Source: Patescibacteria group bacterium | GTDB lineage: Bacteria > Patescibacteriota > Gracilibacteria > UBA1369 > GCA-2718715 | Assembly: GCA_965660075.1 (NCBI GenBank) | Contig: CBFHYO010000065.1 | Span: forward strand, 538 to 64,537 | Length of the DNA stretch: 64,000 nucleotides | Direction of reading: 5' to 3' | Part shown: positions 17,838 to 27,248 of the stretch, piece by piece | How positions within the stretch are numbered: position 1 is the first letter of the stretch | How the letters are laid out: each line of letters opens with the position of its first letter | The notes under the pieces: model-generated | The model's database searches: none | The model's input: the letters and a program-made list of their open reading frames with translations, nothing else | What the model was told of the DNA's origin: nothing | Program-made: the position numbers and the translations under genes

Positions 17838-18596
17838 TCAAAGCCCAATCTGATCTGTAAGTTTATCTATGATCTGAATAGAATTAAATTTATGGGAGTT
17901 TTTTACACGTGGTCTAAGCGGCTCGACATGTTTTTCGAGATATTTATCATATAAATGTAGTATGGGTTGATGCAATAATAAATCACGAAAATCACCTAGT
18001 ACATGGGCACCTTTTCTTATTAATTCTAAATTACCCATAAAAGGTACATCGAAGATTCTAGCTGGTAGCACAAAAACTGGTTTGTTTTTTGTAAGTGCAT
18101 ACTCCCCTGTTTTAAGCGTTCCACTTTTTAACTGAGCTTGTGGAATTATAATAATATCAGCTAAATCCACCAGCATTTTATTGCGATCTAAAAACATGTA
18201 TTTTTTGGGAGTTATGAATGGTGCTTGAGTGCTTAGTAAAATACCGTTTTTTGAGACCTGTTCCAAAACAAGCTGATTTTCTTTAGGGGTAATATTATTT
18301 AGGGGGCTAGCTAGAAAACTAATATTAGACAAACCATAATCTAGTGCATTTTTATGAGCAAGAATATCGACTCCTAGTGCTCCACCAGAAATAATTGTGG
18401 CGTTTATTTTTTTTAAAAATGTCATCAAATAAGGAAAAACCTCCTGGGTGTAAAAGGTAAGTTTGCGTGATCCAATTATGGCAACTTTTGGACTGTTTTC
18501 TGAGATTTTTTTAAGTGAACCTTTATAAAAAAGCTCTGCAGAGTTTTTGGGGTTTATCTTGGTATAAAGCCAGTGATCTTTTTTTAGTGTTTTCAT
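17838..18596 (-). CDS. dprA: DNA-processing protein DprA/Smf
   Basis: The Rossmann-like core reads VAIIGSRKLT...ISGGALGVDILAHKNAL...QAQLKSGTLKTGEYALTKNKPVFVLP. The track start at 18614 is GTG, and the first ATG is at 18596. Confidence 0.8.
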   Translation of the reverse strand: MKTLKKDHWLYTKINPKNSAELFYKGSLKKISENSPKVAIIGSRKLTFYTQEVFPYLMTFLKKINATIISGGALGVDILAHKNALDYGLSNISFLASPLNNITPKENQLVLEQVSKNGILLSTQAPFITPKKYMFLDRNKMLVDLADIIIIPQAQLKSGTLKTGEYALTKNKPVFVLPARIFDVPFMGNLELIRKGAHVLGDFRDLLLHQPILHLYDKYLEKHVEPLRPRVKNSHKFNSIQIIDKLTDQIGL

Positions 18597-18651
18597 TTTG
18601 ATTGTTAGAAACACTTAAAGATAGCACTAAAATCTAAATAAATATTAAATT

Positions 18652-19332
18652 TTAATGATGAATATAACCTGAGTTAGGTATATCTTTTTTAACTTCGCCA
18701 TTTTTTAATAAAACAACTCTACGGTTAACTTGATTGACTAGGTTTTGATCATGTGTGACCAAAACGACTGTCATTCCACTTTGGTTGATGTCTGTAAGTA
18801 GTTCAAGGATTTCATTTGAGCTTTTTGGATCTAAATTACCAGTTGGTTCATCTGCAATTACTAAGTATGGATTGTTTACAATGGCTCTAGCAATAGCACA
18901 TCGTTGCCTTTCCCCCCCAGATAATTGATGGATCTTATGGTGTGCTTTGCCTGTTAAATTTACTCGATCTAGGGCTTGCATGACTAGATTTGTTTGCTTG
19001 ATTTTGTTGTAACCAAAAATCTGTGCGGCAAAATTTACATTTTCGTATACAGATTGTCCAGGAAGCAAATGAAAATGTTGCCAAATCATGCCGATTCTTC
19101 GACGATAAATTTGTAAGGCTTGGGGTTTTAAATACTTTATATTTACATTGTTTACAAACACATCCCCTTTGGAAGGCTTGCAAGCTCCAATAAGCAAATT
19201 AAGTACTGTAGATTTTCCAGCACCAGAAGGCCCCACAATAGATAAAAAATCTTGCGGGTTAATTTCTAGATTAATATTTTTAAGGATGTTTTTTTGATCG
19301 ATATTGTAATTTACCGAATCTAACTTTATCAC
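18652..19332 (-). CDS. ftsE: ABC transporter ATP-binding protein, FtsE-like
   Basis: It has Walker A GPSGAGKST, the signature LSGGERQRCAIARA and Walker B LVIADEPTGNLD. Its 226 aa is FtsE-sized. It uses a GTG start, and no ftsX is adjacent. Confidence 0.7.
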   Translation of the reverse strand: MIKLDSVNYNIDQKNILKNINLEINPQDFLSIVGPSGAGKSTVLNLLIGACKPSKGDVFVNNVNIKYLKPQALQIYRRRIGMIWQHFHLLPGQSVYENVNFAAQIFGYNKIKQTNLVMQALDRVNLTGKAHHKIHQLSGGERQRCAIARAIVNNPYLVIADEPTGNLDPKSSNEILELLTDINQSGMTVVLVTHDQNLVNQVNRRVVLLKNGEVKKDIPNSGYIHH

Positions 19333-19394
19333 TTTTGATTGTTTATCAACTATTTTAGTTTATCATAGAATAAAAGAGACCTAACTAGAAGCCA

Positions 19395-20606
19395 ATGTAT
19401 GATTTTTTAACTGACAAGATTTTACAAAACTATGCTGATTTAATGGTAAATTTTGCTGCAAATGAGAGAAAGGGTATAAATCCAAACGACGTTTGTTGTG
19501 TAAGAGTTCCAGAAAGTGCCAGCGTCATGCTTAAATATTTTCAAAAATCTATTTTAAAAGCTGGAGCAATTGCTGTACTTGAAATTATACCAGAAGGTCT
19601 GTCAGCTGACTTTTATGAGTTGGCTAACGAAACCCAACTTAAATATCACAATCCAGAAGTTATCCGAGCAAAAAACAATCAATTTGACCATATAATATCT
19701 GTTTCTGGCACTCAGTTTCCGTTGGAACTAAAAGATGCAGACACTAAAAAAATTGCTATCAGAAAAAAAGCCTTAGCCCCTTTTTATAAAGAAATGTGGC
19801 AAAGATTTGATAAAAATGAAGCATCATGGACACTTTGCTTGTTTGGAACTGCTGCAATGGCTGAGCAAGCGTCTATGAGTCTTACAGAATACTGGGATCA
19901 GATTATCCATGCATGTTTTTTAGATACTGATAATCCTGTGGAACATTTTCAGGATATTTTCAATAAAATTGATAAGGTTTCTAATTGGCTTAATGATCTA
20001 GAAATTGAACATGTGCATATTCAATCTGAAAACATAGATTTGAAAATTAAAATTGGGGCAAATAGAAAATGGGTTGGTGGATCTGGTCATAATATTCCCT
20101 CTTTTGAGGTTTTTACATCGCCTGATTTTCGTGACGTGAATGGAACTATTAAATTCAACCAACCACTTTATTATTCTGGCAATGTAATACGTGATATTGA
20201 ATTAAAATTCGAAAATGGCACAGTGGTTGAGTACAATGCATCTCAAAATAAACACGTGTTAGATGAGATGCTTTCTCACAAAGGAGCTACAGAAATTGGA
20301 GAATTTAGTTTGACTGACAGTAGATTTTCTAGAATCACTAAGTTTATGGCAAATACGCTTTACGATGAAAATGTTGGTGGTGAATTTGGAAACACACATA
20401 TTGCTGTTGGAAACTCGTATAAGAACTGTTTCAAAGGAGATTACAAATCTAAAACCCAAGAACAATGGCTTGAACTTGGGTATAATGATTCGGATATTCA
20501 TACAGACATTGTATCTACAGAAGATAGAACTGTGACTGCAATCTTACAAGATGGATCCGAACTGGTTATTTATAGAGACGGTATGTTTACCCTCGATCTC
20601 GAGTAA
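19395..20606 (+). CDS. Aminopeptidase, M29 (AmpS/PepS) family
   Basis: The N-terminus YADLMVNFAAN, the length (403 aa) and the C-terminal YDENVGGEFGNTHIAVGNSY...DSDIHTDIV are typical of M29 thermophilic metalloproteases. Confidence 0.75.
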   Translation: MYDFLTDKILQNYADLMVNFAANERKGINPNDVCCVRVPESASVMLKYFQKSILKAGAIAVLEIIPEGLSADFYELANETQLKYHNPEVIRAKNNQFDHIISVSGTQFPLELKDADTKKIAIRKKALAPFYKEMWQRFDKNEASWTLCLFGTAAMAEQASMSLTEYWDQIIHACFLDTDNPVEHFQDIFNKIDKVSNWLNDLEIEHVHIQSENIDLKIKIGANRKWVGGSGHNIPSFEVFTSPDFRDVNGTIKFNQPLYYSGNVIRDIELKFENGTVVEYNASQNKHVLDEMLSHKGATEIGEFSLTDSRFSRITKFMANTLYDENVGGEFGNTHIAVGNSYKNCFKGDYKSKTQEQWLELGYNDSDIHTDIVSTEDRTVTAILQDGSELVIYRDGMFTLDLE

Positions 20607-21987
20607 AAACTGATACTATTTCTAAATGCTTAGTATGAGGAAATTGATCTACCGGAGTAAGTTTTTGCAGTTTAAAACCATTGTCTTCTAGTGCGCGTGC
20701 GTCGTTCGCAAAGGTTTTAAGATTGCACGAAACATAAACTAAAATATCCGCAGTAGAATCTTCTATCAACTCTATAGTTTTTGGTTCTAAACCTTTTCTT
20801 GGTGGATCTATGAGAATCAAATCTGGATTTGGCCAAGGATAGTCTTGAAGGTGTTTGAAAATATCATCAGCTACGTATAAGGCTTCGGAGATATTGTTTT
20901 GTTCAGCATTGTGCCGGGCTAGCTCTATGGAACTTTCTACAATATCCATTCCAAAAATCTTAGCATCTTTGGAAGCCGAAACTATTCCAAGAGTTCCTGT
21001 ACCACAGAATAGATCATAGATTACTTTGGAATTGTATTTAGATGTAATGTCTTGAACTATTTCAAATATTTTTGTTGCTTGTTTTGGATTTGGTTGAAAA
21101 AATGAGTCTGGAAAAATATCAAACTTATACTCCTTTGAATTAATTAGAAGAGTTTCTGAAATATACTCGCTGCCCTGAATATGGGTGATTGTTTTAAGAG
21201 TTCTTCTACCCTTGAGCACATCTGTAACTTGTAGATATACAGATACTGGATTTTGATAAAAACTTTGAATCTCATTTGAAAATTCTTTGAGTCTTTCAAT
21301 GATTGCATCTTGTTGATCTGTTTTAGAAATTTCTAAAATGATCATCAGCTGATCATGATTTTGAGTTTGCTTGAAAGTCAACGTTCTTAACTCACCCTTA
21401 TTACAACTAAATTGGTAAGGCGCAAATTTACTCAGAAACGTTTTTCTAGCAACATCTAAAAACTGTCCAGAGTTTTGATTAAACAAATGACAACTAGTTA
21501 CATCTACAATGTCGAAGCGTCTATTTTTTACATGAAATCCAATTACAGGATTAAAATCTGCATCGAATCCAAAGCTGTATTCTACTTTATTTCTGTAATA
21601 CCATGGGTTTTGCATTGCTTGGATTGGGGCAATTTCTACATTTGTTAGCAGGTTTAAGTTGCCAAGTATACGAGTAACTTCGTTTTGCTTTAGTTCTAAT
21701 TGTTTTTCGTATTTTAGAGCCTCAAGCGGTGTCGCGTTAGAAATTCCAAAATAATTATTTTTAGTTTCAACTCTCAAATCTGAATATTCTAAAACTTCTT
21801 CTGGCTCGGCTTCGAGAAAGTTTTTTTTGATTTTAGTTAACTTTACGTTTGCTATATCACCTGGGTATAAATCAGTACAAACCAGGTTATATTCTGTTCC
21901 ATCTATTTCGACTTTAGTGTGAGCTTGTCCAAAAGAGGTTAAGCTTGTGAACTCTGCTTTTAAAATAGTGCCTTTTTTTAATTGCAT
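20587..21987 (-). CDS. rlmD: RNA (uracil-5-)-methyltransferase, RlmD/RumA/TrmA family, with N-terminal TRAM domain
   Basis: It has a TRAM-like N-terminus, the SAM motif DLFCGTGTLG and the catalytic region DPPRKG...YVSCN. The track start at 22008 is TTG, and the first ATG is at 21987. Confidence 0.8.
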   Translation of the reverse strand: MQLKKGTILKAEFTSLTSFGQAHTKVEIDGTEYNLVCTDLYPGDIANVKLTKIKKNFLEAEPEEVLEYSDLRVETKNNYFGISNATPLEALKYEKQLELKQNEVTRILGNLNLLTNVEIAPIQAMQNPWYYRNKVEYSFGFDADFNPVIGFHVKNRRFDIVDVTSCHLFNQNSGQFLDVARKTFLSKFAPYQFSCNKGELRTLTFKQTQNHDQLMIILEISKTDQQDAIIERLKEFSNEIQSFYQNPVSVYLQVTDVLKGRRTLKTITHIQGSEYISETLLINSKEYKFDIFPDSFFQPNPKQATKIFEIVQDITSKYNSKVIYDLFCGTGTLGIVSASKDAKIFGMDIVESSIELARHNAEQNNISEALYVADDIFKHLQDYPWPNPDLILIDPPRKGLEPKTIELIEDSTADILVYVSCNLKTFANDARALEDNGFKLQKLTPVDQFPHTKHLEIVSVFTRDRG

Positions 21988-22027
21988 ATAATTAGTTATT
22001 TTAGACAAATCTAAGCTAAATTAATAG

Positions 22028-23338
22028 CTAAGTAAAGTTTTTAAGTAAATACTCAACTGCTTGATTTTTGCTAGTTATTTTAGATTCTAACTGTAAATCA
22101 TAAATTAATTCTTTTATTTCACCAATCCTTGGTCCAGGTTCTATGTTTAAATGTTCGCAAATTTCGCTTCCAGAGAGATATGGTTTAGGAAGTGATGGAA
22201 TAAGTGAAACAGTTTTCTGGTATAACTCCAATAATTCATCATGCTTTGTCAAATCGACTGGAGACTGACCTTGGGTATCGTACTTATGTAATAAAAGTAA
22301 ATCCAAAAACCAAGGGTGCAAAAACCATTTAATCTGTGTTGCTTTTGGCATGTCAAAAATTTGAAATAAACTCATGTGTCTTTCGACTAACCATACTACG
22401 TGTTCGATAAACTGATTAGAAAATCGTAATCGGCTTAGTATTGATTTTGCTATTTCACCAGACTTTTTAGCATGGCCATAGAATGTGATTCTCTGATTTG
22501 TAACATTAAAAGTTAATGCTTTTCCTACGTCGTGTAAAAAAACAGCCCAAATAACACTTAATTTTTCATTGGTTTTAATTTGGTTTAGTGATTTAAGAGT
22601 GTGATTAAACACGTCTCCTTCTGCGTGAGTTGATTTTGACTGACCAACACCTTTTAAATCTTGAATCTCTGGAAGTAAAACTTTTAGCAAACCAAGATCT
22701 TCCAGGTCGTTTAGAGCATCTATTCTGCGTGGACATTGGAGCATTTTATTTAGCTCTGTCTGCACTCGTTCAGCTGAAATATTTGCGGCTAAATTAGCGT
22801 GTTCCAAAACGGCTTTGTAAGTATTTGGTTCGTACTGAAACTCTAGAGTGTTTTTAAATCTTACAGCCCTTAACAGTCGAAGGTTGTCTTCTTTTATTCT
22901 TTCATTTGGATCTCCTATAAACTTTACCAAGCCTAAAGTTAAATCTCGCTGGCCATTTACATGATCGATAATTTCATCTGTCACTGGATTATAAAACATG
23001 CCATTGATAGTAAAGTCGCGCCTATGAGCATCTTCGTAGGCATCTGTAAATTCTACTGTAGTTGGTCTACGCCCATCTTTGTAATCTGATTCTTTTCTGA
23101 AAGTAGCAATCTCAAACTCGTGATCATTGTGATGAACCATAATAATACCAAACTGTTTGCCAATTGGAATTGTTTTATCGAATATGTTTTCTACCTCGGT
23201 TGGTGGAGCGTCTGTGACAATATCAAAATCTTTAGGGTGCTTGCTCAGTAACATATCGCGCACACAGCCTCCTGCCCATAAGGCTTGATAACCTTTGGAG
23301 TGCAGAGTTTTGATTATTTCAATACTGTTTATTTTCAT
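22028..23338 (-). CDS. cca: CCA-adding tRNA nucleotidyltransferase with HD domain
   Basis: It has GGCVRDMLL, DFDIVT, RDFTINGMFY and the HD motif FLHDVGK. Confidence 0.9.
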   Translation of the reverse strand: MKINSIEIIKTLHSKGYQALWAGGCVRDMLLSKHPKDFDIVTDAPPTEVENIFDKTIPIGKQFGIIMVHHNDHEFEIATFRKESDYKDGRRPTTVEFTDAYEDAHRRDFTINGMFYNPVTDEIIDHVNGQRDLTLGLVKFIGDPNERIKEDNLRLLRAVRFKNTLEFQYEPNTYKAVLEHANLAANISAERVQTELNKMLQCPRRIDALNDLEDLGLLKVLLPEIQDLKGVGQSKSTHAEGDVFNHTLKSLNQIKTNEKLSVIWAVFLHDVGKALTFNVTNQRITFYGHAKKSGEIAKSILSRLRFSNQFIEHVVWLVERHMSLFQIFDMPKATQIKWFLHPWFLDLLLLHKYDTQGQSPVDLTKHDELLELYQKTVSLIPSLPKPYLSGSEICEHLNIEPGPRIGEIKELIYDLQLESKITSKNQAVEYLLKNFT

Positions 23339-23395
23339 GAGTGGGATTTATTTGTAATCATTTTAATTCATTTTATTTTGAAAATTAAGGGGGTC

Positions 23396-23423
23396 TTGAC
23401 TATTTTTAAGTTTTTTTTAAAAT
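23396..23423 (+). promoter_or_regulatory. Promoter candidate placing the transcription start at or next to the tsaD ATG (possible leaderless mRNA)
   Basis: TTGACT lies at 23396-23401, followed by a 16-nt spacer and TAAAAT at 23418-23423. The ATG is at 23430, 7 nt after the -10 element. Confidence 0.3.
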
Positions 23424-23429
23424 AATTTT

Positions 23430-24419
23430 ATGAAAATATTAGCTTTTGAATCATCGTGCGACGAAACAGCATGCGCAATTGTAGAAAATGGGCGTGTGGT
23501 TTTTAGCAATGTAATTGCCTCGCAGATTCTGACTCATCAAAAAACTCAAGGTGTGGTTCCAGAAGTTGCTGCTAGAAAGCATGTACCAAAACTTTTAGCG
23601 GTCTACACAGAAGCTTTAAAACAGGCTGGTCTGACTATGAATGATATAGATGCTATAGCCTGTTCAGTTAAACCTGGGCTGGTTAACTGCCTGATTACTG
23701 GTGCTAGTATGGCAAGTACACTAGCTATGATTCATAAAAAACCATTGATTCCGGTAAATCACAAGCTTGGTCATGTGCTTTCTTGCATGCTCAATAATGA
23801 GGATGATTTTGAGTATCCAGTTGTGGTTTTGTCTGTTTCTGGAGGGCATAACGAACTATATTTCATGCAGAGTCCTACAGAAATTGAACTGCTTGGCTCA
23901 ACCCTAGATGACGCTGCGGGAGAAGCCTACGATAAAGTAGCTAAAATGCTAGGAATGAAATACCCAGGAGGTCCGGAAATCTCTAGAGCGGCAACCAATG
24001 GTGATCCAAAAAAATACAAACTACCGTACCCTTTGCCCACTCAAAAGTTGAACTTTAGCTTCTCTGGATTGAAAACTAATGTTAAATATCTTATTCAAGA
24101 ATTATCTAAAACAGCACCACTTAATGAATTTCGAGATGATGTTGCTGCTAGCTTCCAATGGACAATAAATAATAATCTTTCTCGAAAACTGGTAGAATGT
24201 GCAATAGAAAAAAAAGCTCTAGAAATTCACTTGGTTGGCGGGGTGTCTGCAAACCTTGATTTGCGGGAACAGATTTCAAATCGCAAACCTTCGAATATAA
24301 CATTCCGAAGACCTTTAGATTTTAGTTTTTGCACAGATAATGCTGCAATGATCGCTTCTGCTGCATTTTTTGTTCCTAAAGCTGAATGGAAAAACCCTGG
24401 TGAGTCTTTGGAGGTTTAG
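23430..24419 (+). CDS. tsaD: tRNA N6-adenosine threonylcarbamoyltransferase TsaD
   Basis: It has ILAFESSCDETACAIV, the metal site NHKLGHV, SGGHNELY and GGVSAN. Confidence 0.92.
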   Translation: MKILAFESSCDETACAIVENGRVVFSNVIASQILTHQKTQGVVPEVAARKHVPKLLAVYTEALKQAGLTMNDIDAIACSVKPGLVNCLITGASMASTLAMIHKKPLIPVNHKLGHVLSCMLNNEDDFEYPVVVLSVSGGHNELYFMQSPTEIELLGSTLDDAAGEAYDKVAKMLGMKYPGGPEISRAATNGDPKKYKLPYPLPTQKLNFSFSGLKTNVKYLIQELSKTAPLNEFRDDVAASFQWTINNNLSRKLVECAIEKKALEIHLVGGVSANLDLREQISNRKPSNITFRRPLDFSFCTDNAAMIASAAFFVPKAEWKNPGESLEV

Positions 24420-24490
24420 TAAATAGCATCAGGTTGCTTTTTGTGAATTATTGACTTATAATGCTTTCAGTTTTTTAAGTTATTTTATTA

Positions 24491-25816
24491 ATGGACACAA
24501 GAGAAATTAAGGCGCCAGTGGGAATGTCGGACATGTTACCGAAAGACCATGATTATTTTACGTATTTAAAAAAGGTAATCAGGCACAGAGGAAGACAAGC
24601 TGGTTTTAGAAGAATATCAACTCCAATGCTAGAACGAACAGACGTATTAAAGCTAGCTTTAGCAGAAGATGCAGATAGAATTGAAAAAAGAATGTATTCT
24701 CTTCGTGATCCAGACGGAACAGATCTAACAGTAAGATCAGGTAATACAATTGGTATTGCTAGGGCTTATGTTGAAAAAGGGCTTAAGGACTTACCTCAAC
24801 CAATATCTTTGTACTATATCGAACAACAAGCTCGTTTTTCTCATGTTGGACCTGGTTACTACAGACATTTTCACCAGTTTGGACTTGAAGTGATTGGTCA
24901 ATCAGATGCAGCTTTGGATGCTCAGGTTATTTATCTTGCACATTCAATCCATAAAGATCTTGGCATAGACGATAGACTAGAATTGAATGTGAATACTTTT
25001 GGAAACAATGAAATCAAAGAAGCCTTTATTGCAGATTTAAAAGAATTTTTCAAAGAAAAACAAAGATCCGTGCCAAGTGAATACCATAGATTTATTGAAA
25101 AAGATCCAATTCAACTATTCTTAATTGAAGATGAAGATTTGGAAATTCTCTGCCAAATGGCACCATCTATTGAAAACTACTTAGATAAAGAATCAAAAGA
25201 ATACTTTACTGATTTATGTGAATACTTAGAAGAGCTATCTGTTCCTTTTAAAGTCAATCATAGAATGTTTAGAAAACTACCTTATTACTCTGGAGTAATG
25301 TTTGAGTTCTGGGAAAAAAACCGGGGTCGCAAAAAGGCTGTAGGTGGAGGTGGTCGCTATGACAACCTAATTGAAAGATTATCTGGCACTCCAACTCCTG
25401 CTGTAAATTACATTGCTGGTGTTGAAAGAACTATTGCTCAAATGAAAATTAACAAGGTTATCGCTCCATCTAAAGATGATCTACATGTGTTTGTGGCTCA
25501 ACTTGGGAAAGAAGCAAAAAAGAAATGTTTATTACAGCTGGCACTAATGCATGATGCAGGTATCAAAGCTGTGGGTGCGATTGGTAAATCTTCTATGAAA
25601 GAACAAATTGCTATGGCTGAAAGTTTTAAAGTGCCATACATGGTTCTTATGGGACTCACGGAAGTTCGAGAAGGTAAAGCAATAATTCGTGAAATGTCTA
25701 AAGGTACACAGTCTAGTGTTATGCTCGAGGATCTTGTGTCTGAATTGGAAAAACTTATTGGCAAAGATAATTTAGACAATTACAACCCGATCAAAGGTTT
25801 AATTAAAAAACAATAA
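24491..25816 (+). CDS. Bacterial-type histidyl-tRNA synthetase-like protein with degenerate active-site motifs
   Basis: It is collinear with E. coli HisRS as recalled (GMSDMLPKD, EKRMYSL, GGGGRYDNLIE, anticodon-binding domain). However, LRPEGT is VRSGNT, FRHERPQKGRYRQFHQ is ARFSHVGPGYYRHFHQ, and RGLDYY is RKLPYY. Confidence 0.7.
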   Translation: MDTREIKAPVGMSDMLPKDHDYFTYLKKVIRHRGRQAGFRRISTPMLERTDVLKLALAEDADRIEKRMYSLRDPDGTDLTVRSGNTIGIARAYVEKGLKDLPQPISLYYIEQQARFSHVGPGYYRHFHQFGLEVIGQSDAALDAQVIYLAHSIHKDLGIDDRLELNVNTFGNNEIKEAFIADLKEFFKEKQRSVPSEYHRFIEKDPIQLFLIEDEDLEILCQMAPSIENYLDKESKEYFTDLCEYLEELSVPFKVNHRMFRKLPYYSGVMFEFWEKNRGRKKAVGGGGRYDNLIERLSGTPTPAVNYIAGVERTIAQMKINKVIAPSKDDLHVFVAQLGKEAKKKCLLQLALMHDAGIKAVGAIGKSSMKEQIAMAESFKVPYMVLMGLTEVREGKAIIREMSKGTQSSVMLEDLVSELEKLIGKDNLDNYNPIKGLIKKQ

Positions 25817-25884
25817 ACTTTACGACAAGTTGAATTAATTTGAATATCTTTTTATTGAGTTAAAATATTCATATAAATTTTATT

Positions 25885-27084
25885 ATGGATTTTGAATCAA
25901 AATTTAAATCGTACGACAAAAGAAAACTTGTAAAACAACTAGAACGACATGGGATTTCTGCGAATGTTACTCAATCTAAGACTGAGCTTGTTCGCATGCT
26001 AATTCTTGCTAAAAAGGCAAACCAACCTACTAAAAAGCATTTTTCTAACGCCAGCAAAGATAAGTTTTATAAGATCCTGGCCAACTTTCTAGGTTTTTGT
26101 TTACTTATATTCACAATTAATTTTGTATACCAACAATATCTAGAGAGGTTAGAATCGGAAATGCAAATAGATGTTACAAGTAAAGAACCTCAAATTTTTG
26201 AAAAAGGTAATCAAACTTTTGTAGTTTACAATCACCCGCTTGTTCGAGTTCAGGCAATTTATGATGAAAATTGCAAGAGGCCTGAATGTGATATAAATCA
26301 AAATCTTGATCAAATTAAATCGTCGATCACTCCCCTGTTTGAACCAGAATTGATTCATTTTGATTCTCGAAAAGGCAAACATCTTGCCGAAGAATACGAC
26401 TTGAATTTACTACCGGTTTTCTTGTTTGATCAAACGGTACGTGAATTATATGACTTTGAGAAAAAAGTAGATTTTTTTACACAAAATAAAGATGTGTTTC
26501 AGTTGCAAACCACTCCAAATCGAGTTCTAGAAGGTCCGGAGTTAGTTGACTCTAAAATAATTACTGAAAACTCTAGTATAGATAGTTCAATAAAAATTAT
26601 AGTGTATATGAGTCCTAGTTCTGTACAATCAAGCGAAGCGTTGCCTATACTCGAGGATTTAGCTGCGAAATTTGGTGACAAAATGCTCATTGCAATTAAA
26701 TATTACAACACTGGTGGTAACGACTTTCTAGCCGCTACAGCTTTAGAATGCTTCTATCAACAAGATGCATTCTTACCTGGTTTAAGAACCACGTTTAACG
26801 ATCAAAACAACTGGACTGGATCTTCTGAGGCGCAGGTTAGAAGCAGATTCAAAACTTATGCTCGTAAACTTGTAAATTATAATGAATTTGTAGACTGTTT
26901 TGAGAATCCTCAGACTGAACAGATTGTTCGAAACCATTTTCAGGAATCTGGTGAACTAGGTGTTATTGGTGCACCAACTTTCTTTATTAACAATCAAATT
27001 TTGGTTGGTAACTACGAATTGGATGACTTTGCTGAACTTGTTGACCAAATTTTGAGATCTGAAAAGGTTGACTTGAGCGAATAA
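25885..27084 (+). CDS. Membrane-anchored DsbA/thioredoxin-fold protein lacking the CxxC active site
   Basis: The N-terminal part KLVKQLERHGIS...SKTELVRML is HeH/SAP-like, followed by one TM helix. The C-terminal DsbA-like fold (GAPTFFINNQILVGN) has SPSS where CPxC is expected (IIVYMSPSSVQS). Confidence 0.6.
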   Translation: MDFESKFKSYDKRKLVKQLERHGISANVTQSKTELVRMLILAKKANQPTKKHFSNASKDKFYKILANFLGFCLLIFTINFVYQQYLERLESEMQIDVTSKEPQIFEKGNQTFVVYNHPLVRVQAIYDENCKRPECDINQNLDQIKSSITPLFEPELIHFDSRKGKHLAEEYDLNLLPVFLFDQTVRELYDFEKKVDFFTQNKDVFQLQTTPNRVLEGPELVDSKIITENSSIDSSIKIIVYMSPSSVQSSEALPILEDLAAKFGDKMLIAIKYYNTGGNDFLAATALECFYQQDAFLPGLRTTFNDQNNWTGSSEAQVRSRFKTYARKLVNYNEFVDCFENPQTEQIVRNHFQESGELGVIGAPTFFINNQILVGNYELDDFAELVDQILRSEKVDLSE

Positions 27085-27242
27085 TGTTTATTAGAATACT
27101 TGCAATATTATTAATGACCTGGTGGATATTTGGAGCTTTTTTGACGTCTTTTGATGAATCAACTATGACTCCTCCAAAATTTAAAGGACCTGTAGAGGCA
27201 CCAAACATAACTGCACCTAACTACCCGCCACCAAATAACTAA
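27084..27242 (+). CDS. Possible 52-aa membrane protein (below the ORF-track cutoff)
   Basis: Hand translation gives MFIRILAILLMTWWIFGAFLTSF...PPPNN. The ATG overlaps the upstream stop (TAATG). Confidence 0.3.
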   Translation: MFIRILAILLMTWWIFGAFLTSFDESTMTPPKFKGPVEAPNITAPNYPPPNN

Positions 27243-27248
27243 AACATT

